A DNA stretch of 64,000 bases, taken from NCBI GenBank assembly GCA_973895155.1, contig OZ316893.1, positions 27,414,210 to 27,478,209 of the forward strand. Direction: 5' to 3'. The notes beneath the pieces are model-generated. The model did not search any database. It was not told the origin of the DNA and saw only the letters and a program-made list of their open reading frames with translations. Below are positions 13,023 through 25,870 of the stretch, piece by piece. The stretch comes from Marsupella aquatica. Taxonomy: Eukaryota > Plantae > Marchantiophyta. Made by a program: the position numbers and the translations under genes. Position 1 is the first letter of the stretch. Every line of letters begins with the position of its first letter.

Positions 13023-13800
13023 CCGAAGAGAACCTGAAAAAGCAGAGGATACAACTAAAGCGCGGGATGTCTGTACTGAAAGACCTCCTGCCGAGGAGCT
13101 TCTGGCCATCGCAGATGTCAGCAAAAGAAGTAGCACTTCTCTTCCAGACAATGTGGTACGTTTTGCTAGACGATCAGAGCACAATTTTTTCTGAGTGCAG
13201 TAGTAGACAAGTCTTTAAGACAATTCTGGTCCCTTGATTGTAGTTCATTGCTTTCCTTTGCAATGAAGCGTACCTTATTTAAGTTCAACCAAGGAAGACG
13301 TTTTTGGAGGCTTAAAGAATATCTGCTTGATGTTGCCTTTTTTAACATCAGTTGAGAGTAGAACGTCTAACTTCAATGTTGGTTTTCTAGGTCATGCATA
13401 CAACTCTTGGGGACATTCATATGAGATTATATCCGGAGGAGTGTTCCCGAACAGTAGAAAACTTCACAACACATTGCCGCAATGGGTATTATGATAATCT
13501 TATCTTCCATCGAGTTATCAAGGGCTTCATGGTTACAGACTGTCTGCTGATCCTTTAGGAGACGGCACTGGTGGACAATCTATTTGGGGAGGAGATTTTG
13601 AGGATGAGTTCCACAAGAGGTGCAATTACAGAAACGCCTTTATTGTAGACTTAACCATCTTTCAATTTTTCTCATTTCAATCATGAATGTTAGAGAGTAC
13701 TTTAAGTTGTTGTTCGAATTCGAAGGGCCAAAATTAAAGGTTTTGGCAAATAAGGTAGTTTGTTCCTCTCAATCAGCCGTGGCATGATCGACAGTACTGT
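13023..13800 (+). pseudogene. CYP71/PPWD1-like WD40-cyclophilin gene fragment
   Basis: Exon 13023-13155 reads RREPEKAEDTTKARDVCTERPPAEELL...SLPDNV. Exon 13391-13619 reads [47 protein letters not shown]..(frameshift)..[23 protein letters not shown]. The next exon (RHDR-like, about 13777) is degraded and duplicated, and no WD40 exons are recognisable. Confidence 0.8.
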
Positions 13801-14379
13801 ATGCCTTTCGCATGATAGACAGTACTGTATGCCTTTCAATACTTTGTCTCATTTAGAAGAAGAACAGGAAGACCAAGACGGAACGTTTACCAATTAAAGA
13901 AGGGTTTTGCAGATCTATAGCGCCAAGGACCTATTTGAATAGCATATGAATTAAACCATCATGGAAAGCAAGGTATGTTTTTCCATCTTAGTTGCTCGTG
14001 GTTCAATTCAGCCCCTGCTGTAACTGATTATGTGTATAGTTGTGTATACGTGAATCTTCATTGATAATAAATCAATCTTGCAAGGACCTGGCGATTTCAT
14101 TAGGTTGTTCAGACACCCGAAATCTATGTTCAATGTTGATTTCCATGTAGATTTGGTTTACTGTAGAAATATTTGATTTGTCAGGCATCTATCTTGCAAT
14201 CGAACAATACATTCATTTACTGGCTGACAGGTATTTGATTTGTCGATGAGGCACTAATTGATGAATATTTCTGCGGACTATTTAATCTGTTGGGTCTATC
14301 CAGCTTGTGAGTTACTTCAACCTTGGATCCATATATGGATGATCGAGTCATTGCGGCATCCACGAACATTTGTGTGGCA

Positions 14380-14760
14380 TGGATTACATCTATATATGAT
14401 TTGTCAATCACTTTACAGGGGTAGTATAGTGACGTAACCTCCTTGGCTTTTTCTGTGATCCACAGGTTCGGACCAAATTTGAGTGAAGTGGCCATGGCTG
14501 ACCGTAAGCAATATTTCTGTTGACCTTTTGATCTGTTCGGTCATTCCGGCATGGATTAGATCTATATTATTAAATTTGTCGATCGCTATACAGGGGTAGT
14601 ATAGTGATGCAACGGCTTTTTCTGTGATACGCAGGTTCGGACCAGAATTGAGTGAAGCAGTCCTGGCTGACGTACCGTGAGCAATATTTCTGTTGACCTT
14701 TAGATCTGTTCGGTCTTCCTGCATCCACACCTTTTTTATGGCAGGGGTTAGATCTATCGA
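14380..14760. repeat. Degenerate tandem duplication (~180-bp unit, about 2 copies)
   Basis: TACAGGGGTAGTATAGTGA...CAGGTTCGGACCA...GCAATATTTCTGTTGACCTTT occurs at about 14415 and about 14590. Confidence 0.8.
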
Positions 14761-14770
14761 TCAATCTCCA

Positions 14771-14850
14771 ATGAAACCGACTTACACGTAACGAACTGGA
14801 AGTGCATTCAATGAAACCGACTTACACGTGACGAACTGGAAGTGCATTCA
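14771..14850. repeat. 40-bp tandem duplication
   Basis: ATGAAACCGACTTACACGTRACGAACTGGAAGTGCATTCA x2. Confidence 0.9.
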
Positions 14851-17620
14851 GTTTAGCCTTCAGAACTGGAAGAAGCAGCCTCAGCCGCAGATCTGTGATC
14901 AATCTATGGTAAGGATTCCATCTCAATAAGGCTGAGTTCGAGTGGAATTCTTGCTTTGCACTTAATTAAGTCAAGCAGCATTATCTTTTCCACTTACGAT
15001 ATCAAGGGGTAGTATTTATCTGGACAACTTTGTATTTCTGTTTTGCACCGGAGCTTGATTTTGCACTCAATTTGCACTAACGGTGTAAAAAGCCTTCTAC
15101 TGCACCTCAGGCAAAAGCAAAAACATTGAATACCTGTCCATCTATTTAGGTATTCCAGTGAGAGAGAAGGCTAGCTATAGGTGTTTGCCATTGAAATCTT
15201 GATACATTCCGGTCAATACCCCAAATCATGGAGGTCCATGAATGGAACGTTACCAGTTTCCAAACCATGTGTATATATGCGTAACTGTACAAAGGTTATG
15301 ATTTGATCAATTTATCTATATCCGCGGGTCGGATATAGAGCAGAAAACCTCTTGTTCACCCTGAAATCTTACTAATTTCTGCTCTGTTGAAGCAATTGTG
15401 CAGAGCATTGGATGAATAAATTCAAAGGCCTTGTAACCATCTTCGATTTACACTCTCTCCCACGGTTGAAGATACAGATATAATAGAAGCCTCCAGAACG
15501 CAATTCAGTTGGTATCGATCATATCACGCAATAGTGATCAATTGCAAGAAGATATAATGATGTGCATCACACTGAAAAGTCGAGTAAATTGAAGAGTATC
15601 ATGGAAATACCTGAGAAAGCGCTTGAATGTACAGTCACAACTGGCGCACTACCTCTTTGTGAGTTTTCTGTTGCTGCTGATCCCAATCAGGGCGAGAATC
15701 AGGGTCGTCATCGACAAGACAGTGTCAAAGCTTAAGTAGGTATGCACAATGAATTGTAAGTGTCTCATGACCGTGTGCAGGAATTAAAGACGATCGATGT
15801 ATGCAAATTGAAGAAGTCCGGTTCCCCTGTGTGTTAACTAATCACCGTCGCGGTCAAAGAAGGCTTATATATATGTACCTACCATTTGCTTGATCCAAGC
15901 TTGCATGCCCAGCAGGTATATATAGAAGTTATCAAGTCATAATGTATAGTACACAGTCCGAATCTCATTCTCAATCAGTGCTTGTTCTAAGGAGAAAACT
16001 CTACAACTGTAACTTCATTTTGACTACTTACGGCGATAATGTACTCCATTGAGCCCTTGCTTGGAGGAAAATCCAGGAAGAATTCTAACTTGTGAAGCAA
16101 TAGTACCTTTCCAACAAGAATACCCCGTCCCATAATGCCACGGTAGAAGTGTTGTGCAGTCATGTTGCGATTATTTCCAGATTTTCTGTCAGATGAAAAT
16201 GAATCAGGGTGATAAGCACATGACATCTTTATAAATCAGGAAATTTATCATCAATTTTATCATCTTTCCTCAGGAATCATTTGTTGACATCTTTCATCTT
16301 CTTGTACTGACATCTTTCATTTTCTGTCAGCCAGACCAGACGTCAATACATGAAAATTTCTTCAAATTAACTCCTCAAATCAAACTAAGGAGAAGAGCAT
16401 CATTTGGGGCGGTGTAAGTGGTATCCCCATACGATTATTAACTTTAAATTATGTTGAAATCTGGCACGTGACTCCTCTGTGTCGGTTCTTTACGCTAATC
16501 TAACAGTCTCCAATCCGGTCATTGTGTGCTTATCACTCCGGTTCCTGAATGCTTATCACAGCCGGTTCCTGACCGAATGTCAATACATAAAATTTCTTCA
16601 AACTAACTCCTCAAAGCAGAAGAGCATCATTTGGGGCGGTGTTGTAATCCCCATACGAAGTCCTTCAGTGCCTTATTCTGTGTTTTCATCTATCCATTCT
16701 TTGTTCTAGACTAATTTGCCTTACTTTTTCTGTCCGGGATCCTTCAAGTTCACTCAATTACATTCAGAATACCCTGTTGTACACAAATCATTCATTTTAG
16801 TAGAACTAATGATCGGAGTTCTACGGAACATCATTACTAGCACGGAAATAATGATGCCGATATGAACGATCCTTAGTTTTCGTAGATCAGACCCCAATTC
16901 TTCGTACAGTAAAGGAGACCTGTCGCGCGGTCTTCAATGGCCTAATTGTCATAGGCCCGAGGAGTAACATTGCCAGCCAACGATCGACTGGTAAATTTGA
17001 AACCTTACGAATCCCATTCTCTGGTTGAAATCGTCCGCGCTAAAATTTTGATTTCTTGAAAAGCTTCGATCTGTCCTGTCTTGTGATTTAAGTTGGTGTC
17101 ATACAATCTAGCTATTTGTGAGCTATTTGTGCCCTATGTGAGGACTCCCACATCATAAACAATGCACACCTGTGCGTTGTTTCTGATGGTATTCAATCTG
17201 TGGGCCCAAGGGTTCTCTTGAGCAATCTAGGTGCGTACGCAGGTAAGCACCTGGTTCTCCCTCAGAATTGAAAAGAGTTGACGACTCAATTTCATTGGCT
17301 GCCTGAAAAAATAATGAACTCGGTCATCCTAATTGGCATGTTGCAATAGGATCACACTCTCCCTTATAATTGTATCGCTGCTTATTTACTCCTTTCTTTC
17401 TGGACTCTTCAACTCTTCAATGGACAAAAATGCGTCGATTGGATCCCACTCGGTTCGAGCATCCCCACCCGTCACGTCTCTCACCATCGCTGTGTGTTTG
17501 AGTGGCAAGTTTGCGGGCGAGACGAGTCGAAACAGGCACGGAGCACCTGGAAGACAGCCCCACCAGTTTGCGCTACTCTTGCAGTCCACCACCAGTTCTG
17601 CCATTTTCAGTGCTACTATG

Positions 17621-17720
17621 CAGTGTTTTTTTCAGTGGCGAAAATTCGCTAAATTCCACCTCCCCAAAAACTTTCGCCACTCTTGGCGAAAATTCGCTAT
17701 TATTGGCGAAAATTCGGTAC
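17621..17720. mobile_element. Possible terminal fragment of a DNA transposon
   Basis: A CAGTGTTTTTT start followed by three TGGCGAAAATTCG repeats and one inverted copy; no partner end identified. Confidence 0.3.
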
Positions 17721-19189
17721 TATTTTGCTGTCTCATTAGCCAGAGTTCCACCTAATACCAGGCCCCACTAGCCACAATCTAACGGCAAGCATTAAATCTA
17801 GGGAAATCTGACGGTCAGGTAAATAATTGAATAGGGAATCTTTGAGCATCTTCTCCTTCACAACATTGGCCACTGGCAAAAAAGTAAAATCCTTAAAAAA
17901 ATACGCTGCTACTATCCAGGTGTGTGGCATAGTCTGTGTTGTCCAGTTAGTTTGGCGAGACTCTAGAGGGAGCACTGGCGGGAGCCCAAACTTGCCCATC
18001 TGGTGCCATTTGGTGGGCCAGGATCCCAACTTTTATAATGGAGAGGCAGTGGGGCATGCAAAACTCATTTGGCAAGGAGGTCATAGCAAAGATTGTCCCG
18101 GCCAGGCATTCACCAAGGCAGGAGGGGGTGCTCTTATTCCAATTAAAAGGCATGCATGCTGCATCATGTGCTTGGATGTATGTTGCTCTGTCATACACTG
18201 GGTCATACACCAAAATTGTTTATGCCAGGCAAGGATAGCAGTGATAGAGGCAGGGCAGCAACAACACATGCGAGAAGGACATAAAAGGCAAAATATGTCA
18301 TGGAAACTTGAAGTTCATTGAATAGTTTCAGACTCCCCGTTGTTGTTGAGATATTTGGGTCACTTCAATTATCAGTTTGACGGGCTTCTTTGAGTTACAG
18401 GTAACTCGAGACAATCACACAACAGTGGGTTGGTTCTCTCAGCCCACCACTATATGTTTTGATCATTCAAGCACTTTTGTCAGCCGGTGTTGATGACATA
18501 ACAATGTGATGACGCTGAGGCAATCTATGTCGACCTCTTGCCATGGGTACCAGTGTGACTCCTCTTGCGAGCATTTGCCTCTTCTTTAGAGTTTGGTGTT
18601 TGTCCACTTTGGACCTCTTTTGCTTTCCATTCATTGTACTTAATTAATTTGTTTGGCCCTTTTTACACCTGTGTTAGACAGTGCCTTTACAAGACGATAG
18701 GGCAGTTTCATTTTTTCTCTATTCTCTAAGATGTGGTGGAGAGATAATGTAGCTGCATTTCACTTTACCAAAAGTGGGGGAGGGCATTTTTATTTTCTAT
18801 ATGTAATGTTGTCTATCCTCCATGTAATGCAGTGGGGCCCAAATTTTGCTAATGTGGAGCACATTTTGCCCCAAATTTAGACCACCGCCTCTCCTGGAGG
18901 TCTCTTAATCTGAACCCAGTACTAGTGCAAATGCTAAATCCCGTGCAATAAACAAACTGTTGTGAGAGCTGACAGAAAAAGGGTAAGGGTGGAAATTTAC
19001 AGTGTTACCCTAAACCTGTATCCTGTTGATCAAAGTTTCTGAGTGGGAACCCAGAGGTTGTGCATTCAAAATGAGAGGAATAACTTTATGGCTTTGGGCA
19101 TTGAAATTAATTAAATAACCTTTTTGGCATGGGGGTAACAAATTGTGGCAGGAACCCAGGTTCCCGCTAACTGCAGTTGCATCTGATGC

Positions 19190-19385
19190 TTGGTCCATTC
19201 CTACTTTGGGTCATTTGCATTCAAAGTGAACCCACAAGTCATTCATGAGATCTCCTCATGTTAGAGCTAGAAAGGTTCTTGGTCCATTCCTACTTTGGGT
19301 CATTTGCATTGAATTGACATAAGTCAGTGTGAACCCACAAGCCATTCATGATATCTCTTCATGTTAGAGCTAGAAAAGTTCTAGC
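19190..19385. repeat. ~90-100-bp direct duplication
   Basis: TTGGTCCATTCCTACTTTGGGTCATTTGCATT...CATGTTAGAGCTAGAAA x2. Confidence 0.85.
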
Positions 19386-20203
19386 CAAAGAAATGCGTGA
19401 CTTAAGGTGGAGTTAGCTTTAAAAGAGGTTAGTGGCCATATATAAAGGGATTATTTTCAACAACTCTTTCAGCCTTGCCAGTACACTATGGCCCCCCAAT
19501 ATGATTTGGTGATTCAAGTGCTGCCAACTTATGTAAAGCCATTTGTAGGTTCCTTGTCTAGTGTGGTATCATCCTTGGACAGCTGTTTAGGGATATCTCA
19601 CCACAAGTCCAACATCCTGACTCTTGTTTTAAATTAGGAGAGCATAGGTCTTTGACTAATAGATTCTTGTGCTATGGGCTTCTCCCCTTTGGATATATGT
19701 ATGTACATTAGTTGCAATGTTGGTGTAGATGCAACCTTTGGTGAGCCTAGCTTCCTTGGCAAATCCGGAAGTCAACACCTACTCATTCACCATGTTGAGC
19801 TTAGAAAATGCAAAAACAAGAACGAATGTCACGGGATTTGAATCCTCAATAAAGTGACATCTCTCACTCTACGTTACAACTCACTATCCAAAATTGCATA
19901 CCATGCATGCAAAACTGAATTGTTTTGGGCCCCAGTCACTCCCTTGGTGACCATAATCAATCTTTGCATATGAGTGACTGTATGCTTCGTGTAGACTCTC
20001 TCCAATTAATCTCACACTGTAAATCCTTAAGACCCTTCAACTTATATGTTCTCACACCCTGGTAGTTTTACTTTAATACATCAAACAACTTCACCACAGG
20101 GTAACACTTGGCAAAACCCCATTTCACCTAGCCACAATTGCACCGGTAGGAGTAGCGGTGGCCCGAGCAGCTCGCTGAGTAGTGGATGCTAATGAAGTGC
20201 CAC

Positions 20204-20508
20204 CTCGGGGGATTCACTTCCACAAAAATGACATGAATATCACGTGCGACAAAGTATAGGGTCATTTTATTGGTTCGAAGGGAAGACTCAAAATTTTTTT
20301 GAGAAGAACAATTCAATAGGGTCTTTGAAATCCAATTTTGAGACTTATAAGAACATTAGGGTCCTTGTAACCAAAATTTTGGAATATTCTAAGAATATTC
20401 CAACTTTATAGAGGTTTAAAAACAACTTTTTTTCTTACATTTTAGGGGGTCCAAGGCCTAAAAACGTCGCAGGTGATGGGGAGGCATCCATATAGTGAGA
20501 CCCTCGAG
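20204..20508 (-). mobile_element. MITE copy 1
   Basis: CTCGGGGG-type TIRs; 8-bp TSD AGTGCCAC at 20196-20203 and 20509-20516. Confidence 0.9.
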
Positions 20509-20673
20509 AGTGCCACTAGAAGTGGATGGCCTGCCACTCTAGCTAGACTGGCTATTTAGTTCTACTACTTACCCTGGAGAATCACCTCAGGGAATCACTT
20601 GTCAGATTCTTAGACCACGTGCGAACAAATGAAGGGTATTTAAAATCCTGCCTAATTTAATAATAATTGTAAT

Positions 20674-20970
20674 CTCGGGGGTCTCACTACATGGGGACCT
20701 CCCCATCACCTGCGACGTTTTTAGGCCTTGGACCCCCTAAAATGTAAGAAAAAAATATTATTTTTTAACCCCTATAAAGTTGGAATACTCTTGGAATATT
20801 CCAAAAATTGGATTAAAAAGGCACTAATGTTCTTATAAGTCTCAAAATTGAATTTAAAAGACCCTATTGTTCTTCTACAAAAATTCTTAAGTCTTCCCTT
20901 ACAACCAATAAAATGACCCTATCCTTCGTCGCACCTGATATGCCATTTTTGTGGAAGTGAAACCCCCGAG
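20674..20970 (+). mobile_element. MITE copy 2
   Basis: TIRs CTCGGGGGTCTCACT / AGTGAAACCCCCGAG; 8-bp TSD ATTGTAAT at 20666-20673 and 20971-20978. Confidence 0.92.
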
Positions 20971-21532
20971 ATTGTAATCACAAATTTGTAATGAAGGTGA
21001 TTTTTTAACTCTTTATATCATGTTATAATTACACTAAGGGTTTTTTATTTGGTCCAAAATATTATTTTTATTTCTATGCAAGGGTATTACCACATAGTTC
21101 ATGCCACAAGTGACCAGCGGATTGGTCCATATGTCACTTGCTTAGTGTAGGTCATGTATTAGTAGTTTAAGTTTTTACAATGGTATTGGCGGTTAGGCAA
21201 GAACTATATATGTGCACATGATCATCTCTTAGTAATGTATACACAATACTTTATAAGACACAAGGGGTTTTACAATGAGTTTCCAAAGTACTTATAAATG
21301 ACTCAAAGGTGTTTTTAATATATTGATTTTTTTAATTATATTTTTCAATGGTCTTTTAAATTTGCCATGATGTGAAAATTAATAAGGAGTATGTAACATG
21401 TAAACTGTGTTCACACGGGTAATAGGAGTTTAAGCCTAAGTGATTTCCCAAGGACTACTTAGAAGAAGTAGCAGCAGGAGCAACATGTTGGGCAACCATA
21501 TTTGTGCTATAGGTATAAGACGTAATTATAGT

Positions 21533-21830
21533 TTAGTGACCAATGTTGTTTGACTCGACCCATTGATATCTCAATGTCAGCCATATGGGTCTTTCAAAAC
21601 TCATGGCAATCATCAATGGGTGTACCAGTCCTTCCAAATACTTGAACAATGCGACATTACACATTATTTGCATATCACACCACATATCAAACTCTTGGAC
21701 AAAATCATTCAAATCAATAGTGTCAATTGCACCAGAGGATCTCCTTGGACCCTTGGTGGCCCCATGTGTCTCCTCCATATCCGACAACAATGGTGCAACT
21801 AGCTACCCGAATAATGATCGATGAGAAGAG
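21533..21830 (-). pseudogene. Probable retrotransposon gag relic
   Basis: DLNDFVQEFDMWCDMQ...ALFKYLEG resembles N-terminal gag helices; it is short and degraded. Confidence 0.3.
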
Positions 21831-22443
21831 TTGGTCAATGAGTCCTCACCAGAATCACTGTTCAAAGCTGCACTGGTAAGTGATAGCAATGCCGTTGGTC
21901 AAAATTGCAAGTTAATTCACCAGGTATCAGTTTCTACATAGATTGGTCAAAAACTAGTTTAGATGCACTTGGAATGGCTAGATCAGATATGAAGATCTGA
22001 CGGCTTTCCTTAAGATCAGGAGTGATGTAATGTCTTTCCATAAATAATATTAGGTGGATCCCAAATAATTTCCCTTCTAGACCCTTGATGATGCATTGAA
22101 GTCTGTTCAACATTGGAGTTACACCAGACTTTTCAATTTGCTGATAGGTAGGCTTTAATTGGGGTTTGGGTTTTTGTGTCCACTCGGGTGTCCACTGCAA
22201 TTCTTTTGTTTGTTGGCCATTTGATTTTCTTAGTTTGATTGGGTCTTTCGCATGAGGGATCATGTGTCCTGGAATGGGGAGCCCTTGGTTTTTTTTTATA
22301 GTTTGAAATACTAGCCCCGACTACCTGTTCTTTGAACATGAATAGCGGAAAGTCCAATAAAAGTGTTACCAAAATATATTCTCTAGTATTCTTGTCTCTA
22401 TTCATATTCTTTGAGCATTAATGAACTGATAAACACCCGACCA

Positions 22444-22730
22444 CTTGGGGGTCTCATTGTATGGATGCCTCCCCATCCCCTGCGACGCTTTTAGGCTTTG
22501 GGCCCCCTAAAATGTAAGAAGTTTTTAAAAAAAATTCAACCCCTAGAAAGTTGGAATATTCCAAAAAATTGGTTAGAAAGACCCTAATATTCTTATAAGT
22601 TTTGAAATTGAATTTAAAAGACCTTATTGTTCTTCTGCAAATTTTTTTAAGTCTTCCTTTCAAACAAATATAATGACCATATCCTTTGTCACACGTGATG
22701 TGCCATTTTTGTGGAAGTGAAACCCCCAAA
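22444..22730 (+). mobile_element. MITE copy 3 (older)
   Basis: Same internal sequence as copies 2 and 4. TIRs are mutated (CTTGGGGG / CCCCCAAA) and the flanks match only 5/8 (CCCGACCA vs CCTGATGA). Confidence 0.85.
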
Positions 22731-23924
22731 CCTGATGATCATTTTAATAGTCATATATAATATATCACTCTCCTTTCTATGCACATCCGTCTTTGTATGC
22801 ACATATGTTGTGGTGGGGCCATAGTGCTCACTTTTTGAATAATTAAATATTTTAAAATTATCACAAAAAACTTGCATGTAGCAATTGACCTAGATCATAG
22901 TCACGAGTTTTCCATGTACATGATGACCACGGAGTTACTGTCTAGAGGTTTCACTCTAGACCTAAGCTCTTAAAAGTAGATTTAAGTTGGAACTTAAAAG
23001 TAAATTTCAGTTGGGACTTTTATACTAAGATACTTTCTTGCAAAATACATTAAATGGTTCCTGAGCAATTGTGCTCGGGGTCCTACTATCAATTGCTCGG
23101 GGTCCTACTATCATACAAGCAACCAGGTTTGCGTATGCGCAGAAAGTTATTATTTTCTCTTGTCAAATCACAGCACAAGTCTTACTTCGTTAAATAAAAA
23201 AAACAATGTAGAGACACTGACAAATCAGTGTTCCACATCCAAAAGCTTACTATAGAACCTGCATGTAAAAATCTCCCTGTTTCACACACTTTCCCTAATA
23301 TTTTGTCACAATGAGTTCGATTTGCTCTAATTAATTATTTCTTGAGCGAAACGGATCGTCTAATATTGTAGTTTGTCACACTGATCAGAATCCACTCTTC
23401 ACTCTGATGCCCACTGTAATGATTCCGTCCTCCGTCCTCTCTCCTCAGAGAATTGGGGAACATTCACCAGTCTGGATTCCATTCGGCCTAACAATCAGCA
23501 GTGCTCGAGAAAGGGACGAGTTCACAAATAACGTGGGCTTCAGAATCCAGATCGAATGAATGTTTGGCTGTCTACAATACTAGTAATGGGAGACGGGGGA
23601 AGTTCACCTCATCCTTCGTTCAGTTCAGTTCAGTTCAGTTCAGTTCCGTTGCTTTGCTCGCCTCACAGCCGGCTGACGACATTCATTCGCAGCTCCCTCC
23701 AGTTCGATCCCGATGATGAGTCTGTTGCCACAGTCTGAGTCGAGCCGTGGACGGCCGACGTGTGCATGGCGGACGGCGGACGTGTGCATGAGGGATCGAT
23801 CATGCCTCATGGATGCAATCGATCATGCCTCATGCATGCTTGTACTAAGAACGTGCTTCCGTGGTCTGGAGCATTCGGGTCGTCGTTCTCAAGTCTCAAC
23901 GACGTCATAACTGTCGTTCCTCGT

Positions 23925-24080
23925 TGGACGACGAATCGACTGATGATCTGAATGATGAGTGGGTGATCTGAACTTACGACGGATCGACTGATGATCGGAA
24001 TGATGAGTGAGTGATTAGCACGACGGGGCTGATGATTCGAATGATGAGTGCTTGATTTGAACGACGAATGACTGCTGATG
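23925..24080. repeat. Degenerate minisatellite (~40-50-bp unit)
   Basis: GACG..TCGACTGATGATC.GAATGATGAGTG.GTGAT repeated about 3.5 times. Confidence 0.7.
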
Positions 24081-24871
24081 CGGGTCGGCCGGTTTAAAAT
24101 CCTCCCTCCTCACCCAAATATGCAGTACAAAGCGCAGAGCGGGGGTTGCGGTGCCGAGTGCTGGTCAGGAAGAGATCACTCTCTTCCTCTGCATTGTGCA
24201 GAGAGGAGGAAGTTGATGCTTTTGGGCCCGGAGAGTGTTCAGTGCAGCAGGGATTGCATGATCTAAGGGCAGGGGAGGGACGGATAGAGTGACTGTGCAT
24301 TTTTGTGAGTATCGCGCAGGACGAGAAGATTGTGATCCCGCCCTCTAACTAGCATTGTTTGCTGCGGGGCCTGTTTAATAATGTAGAGTTCATAGTCCGC
24401 TTCTCTTCCCTCGTGCGTCGCTCCGATCTCCCCACCCAGAGCAGACGGTGACCTCCTTCCTTGCTGCAGAAGGAGTGTTTCGGTGGCATCTGGAAGGTAA
24501 TACCGTTGAATAGCTTTTGTCTCGTTGGGGAGCCCTCTTTAGTCGGTAGAATTGAACTTCTGGGTTTCTCATCGCATCTCTCGCCCTTTTCGATTCCCAC
24601 TCTTCATTGGACTTTAGTTGTCTACCTGCCTAATTTCCTGTTAATCTTTCTCCCCAAGTTTTGCTGCTCCCCTTGGGTTACACGGGCTCAAAACTTTCTG
24701 GCATATATCGACGGTCACTTGTTCCCTAGGGACTGATTTGTTCTCGCTTGATCCCGATCTCTCTGCTTGGCGGTGGCAGTGGCGGTCCGACCTAATACTC
24801 CGTTGCAATCGATAATTATTCTCTAGAAGCGGACTCGGATCAGTGGATGATTTGTGCAAAGAAGTAGGCTC

Positions 24872-25870
24872 ATGATGATGTTTAAGACAGGACTGGGCAA
24901 TGGAGCAGCATCGTCACACGTCCCGACCATTGTGATCCTGTTTCTGGTGGCGTACTTTTTCGGGAATATGGGAATGCACCTCGTCAGTAATTTCAGCAGC
25001 GCGGGCGGTCAAATTGCTACTACTGAGAAGATGGTAGGACTGGATGAAAAGCCAAGGCAGAAGGGCTGTGACACGATCGAGGATTACATTGAGGATGGCG
25101 ACTACGGCGACAAGTCGACAGAGAATCCGTGGCGGCAGATGAAATGGGGATTGCCTCCGGCGAAATGCCCAGTGAATGGGCACCTGATTGAGATGCTAGA
25201 CCCCACTTACAACTTCCGGCGAGGAGTCGCTCTCCGCTTCACCAGCGATCTGGATGACAAATCCCACATTGAACATTGGTTTCTGGGGACAAAGGTGGAC
25301 CTCAACAAGCGCAAGAGGAGGGTGCTCATTGATCTGGGAGCGAACTTATTCCAAACAAGCGTTGTTTGGTTTAATGAGCGCTACCCGTGCGATTTTACGG
25401 AGGTGCACGCTTTCGAGATGGACCCCAACATGTTTCGACTGCCTACAGGATTCGATGAGGAGAGCAACTCGGTGGATCCCAGCGAGGTGGGCTGGTACAA
25501 GGTCAAGGGCAGAGATGGATACCTTCCGCAGTGGATGATCGATCGTATCCACCCATACAACAAGCTTGTTGGAGTCGCAGACGACGAAAAATCTGTGAAC
25601 ATTACTCGCTTTATCAAGGACGAGCTGAAACTTACCGAGGACGATGCGGTGATTGTAAAAATGGACATCGAGGGGAGCGAGTGGCCCATTTTGAAGCAAT
25701 GGTTGAATGATCCTGACATGCCCAAGATCATCGACGAGCTATGGTTGGAGCTGCATTATTACCATCCCGATAACAACTGGGTAGAAGTGAAAGAGTATTC
25801 CAGAGAAGATGCCACCCGCCTGCTTGCAGAGATGCGCTTCAAGGGCTTCTATGTACACTATTGGGATTAG
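24872..25870 (+). CDS. Type II membrane FkbM/Methyltransf_21-like SAM-dependent methyltransferase, intronless
   Basis: Uninterrupted ORF with an N-terminal TM segment (IVILFLVAYFF) and motifs VLIDLGAN, VHAFE, VIVKMDIEGSEW, IDELWLELHY and a C-terminal GFYVHYWD typical of this plant family. Confidence 0.85.
   Translation: MMMFKTGLGNGAASSHVPTIVILFLVAYFFGNMGMHLVSNFSSAGGQIATTEKMVGLDEKPRQKGCDTIEDYIEDGDYGDKSTENPWRQMKWGLPPAKCPVNGHLIEMLDPTYNFRRGVALRFTSDLDDKSHIEHWFLGTKVDLNKRKRRVLIDLGANLFQTSVVWFNERYPCDFTEVHAFEMDPNMFRLPTGFDEESNSVDPSEVGWYKVKGRDGYLPQWMIDRIHPYNKLVGVADDEKSVNITRFIKDELKLTEDDAVIVKMDIEGSEWPILKQWLNDPDMPKIIDELWLELHYYHPDNNWVEVKEYSREDATRLLAEMRFKGFYVHYWD

Noticed and set aside
17827-18321. Overlapping 164-aa and 88-aa ORFs
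   Set aside because: No recognisable domain or splice structure.
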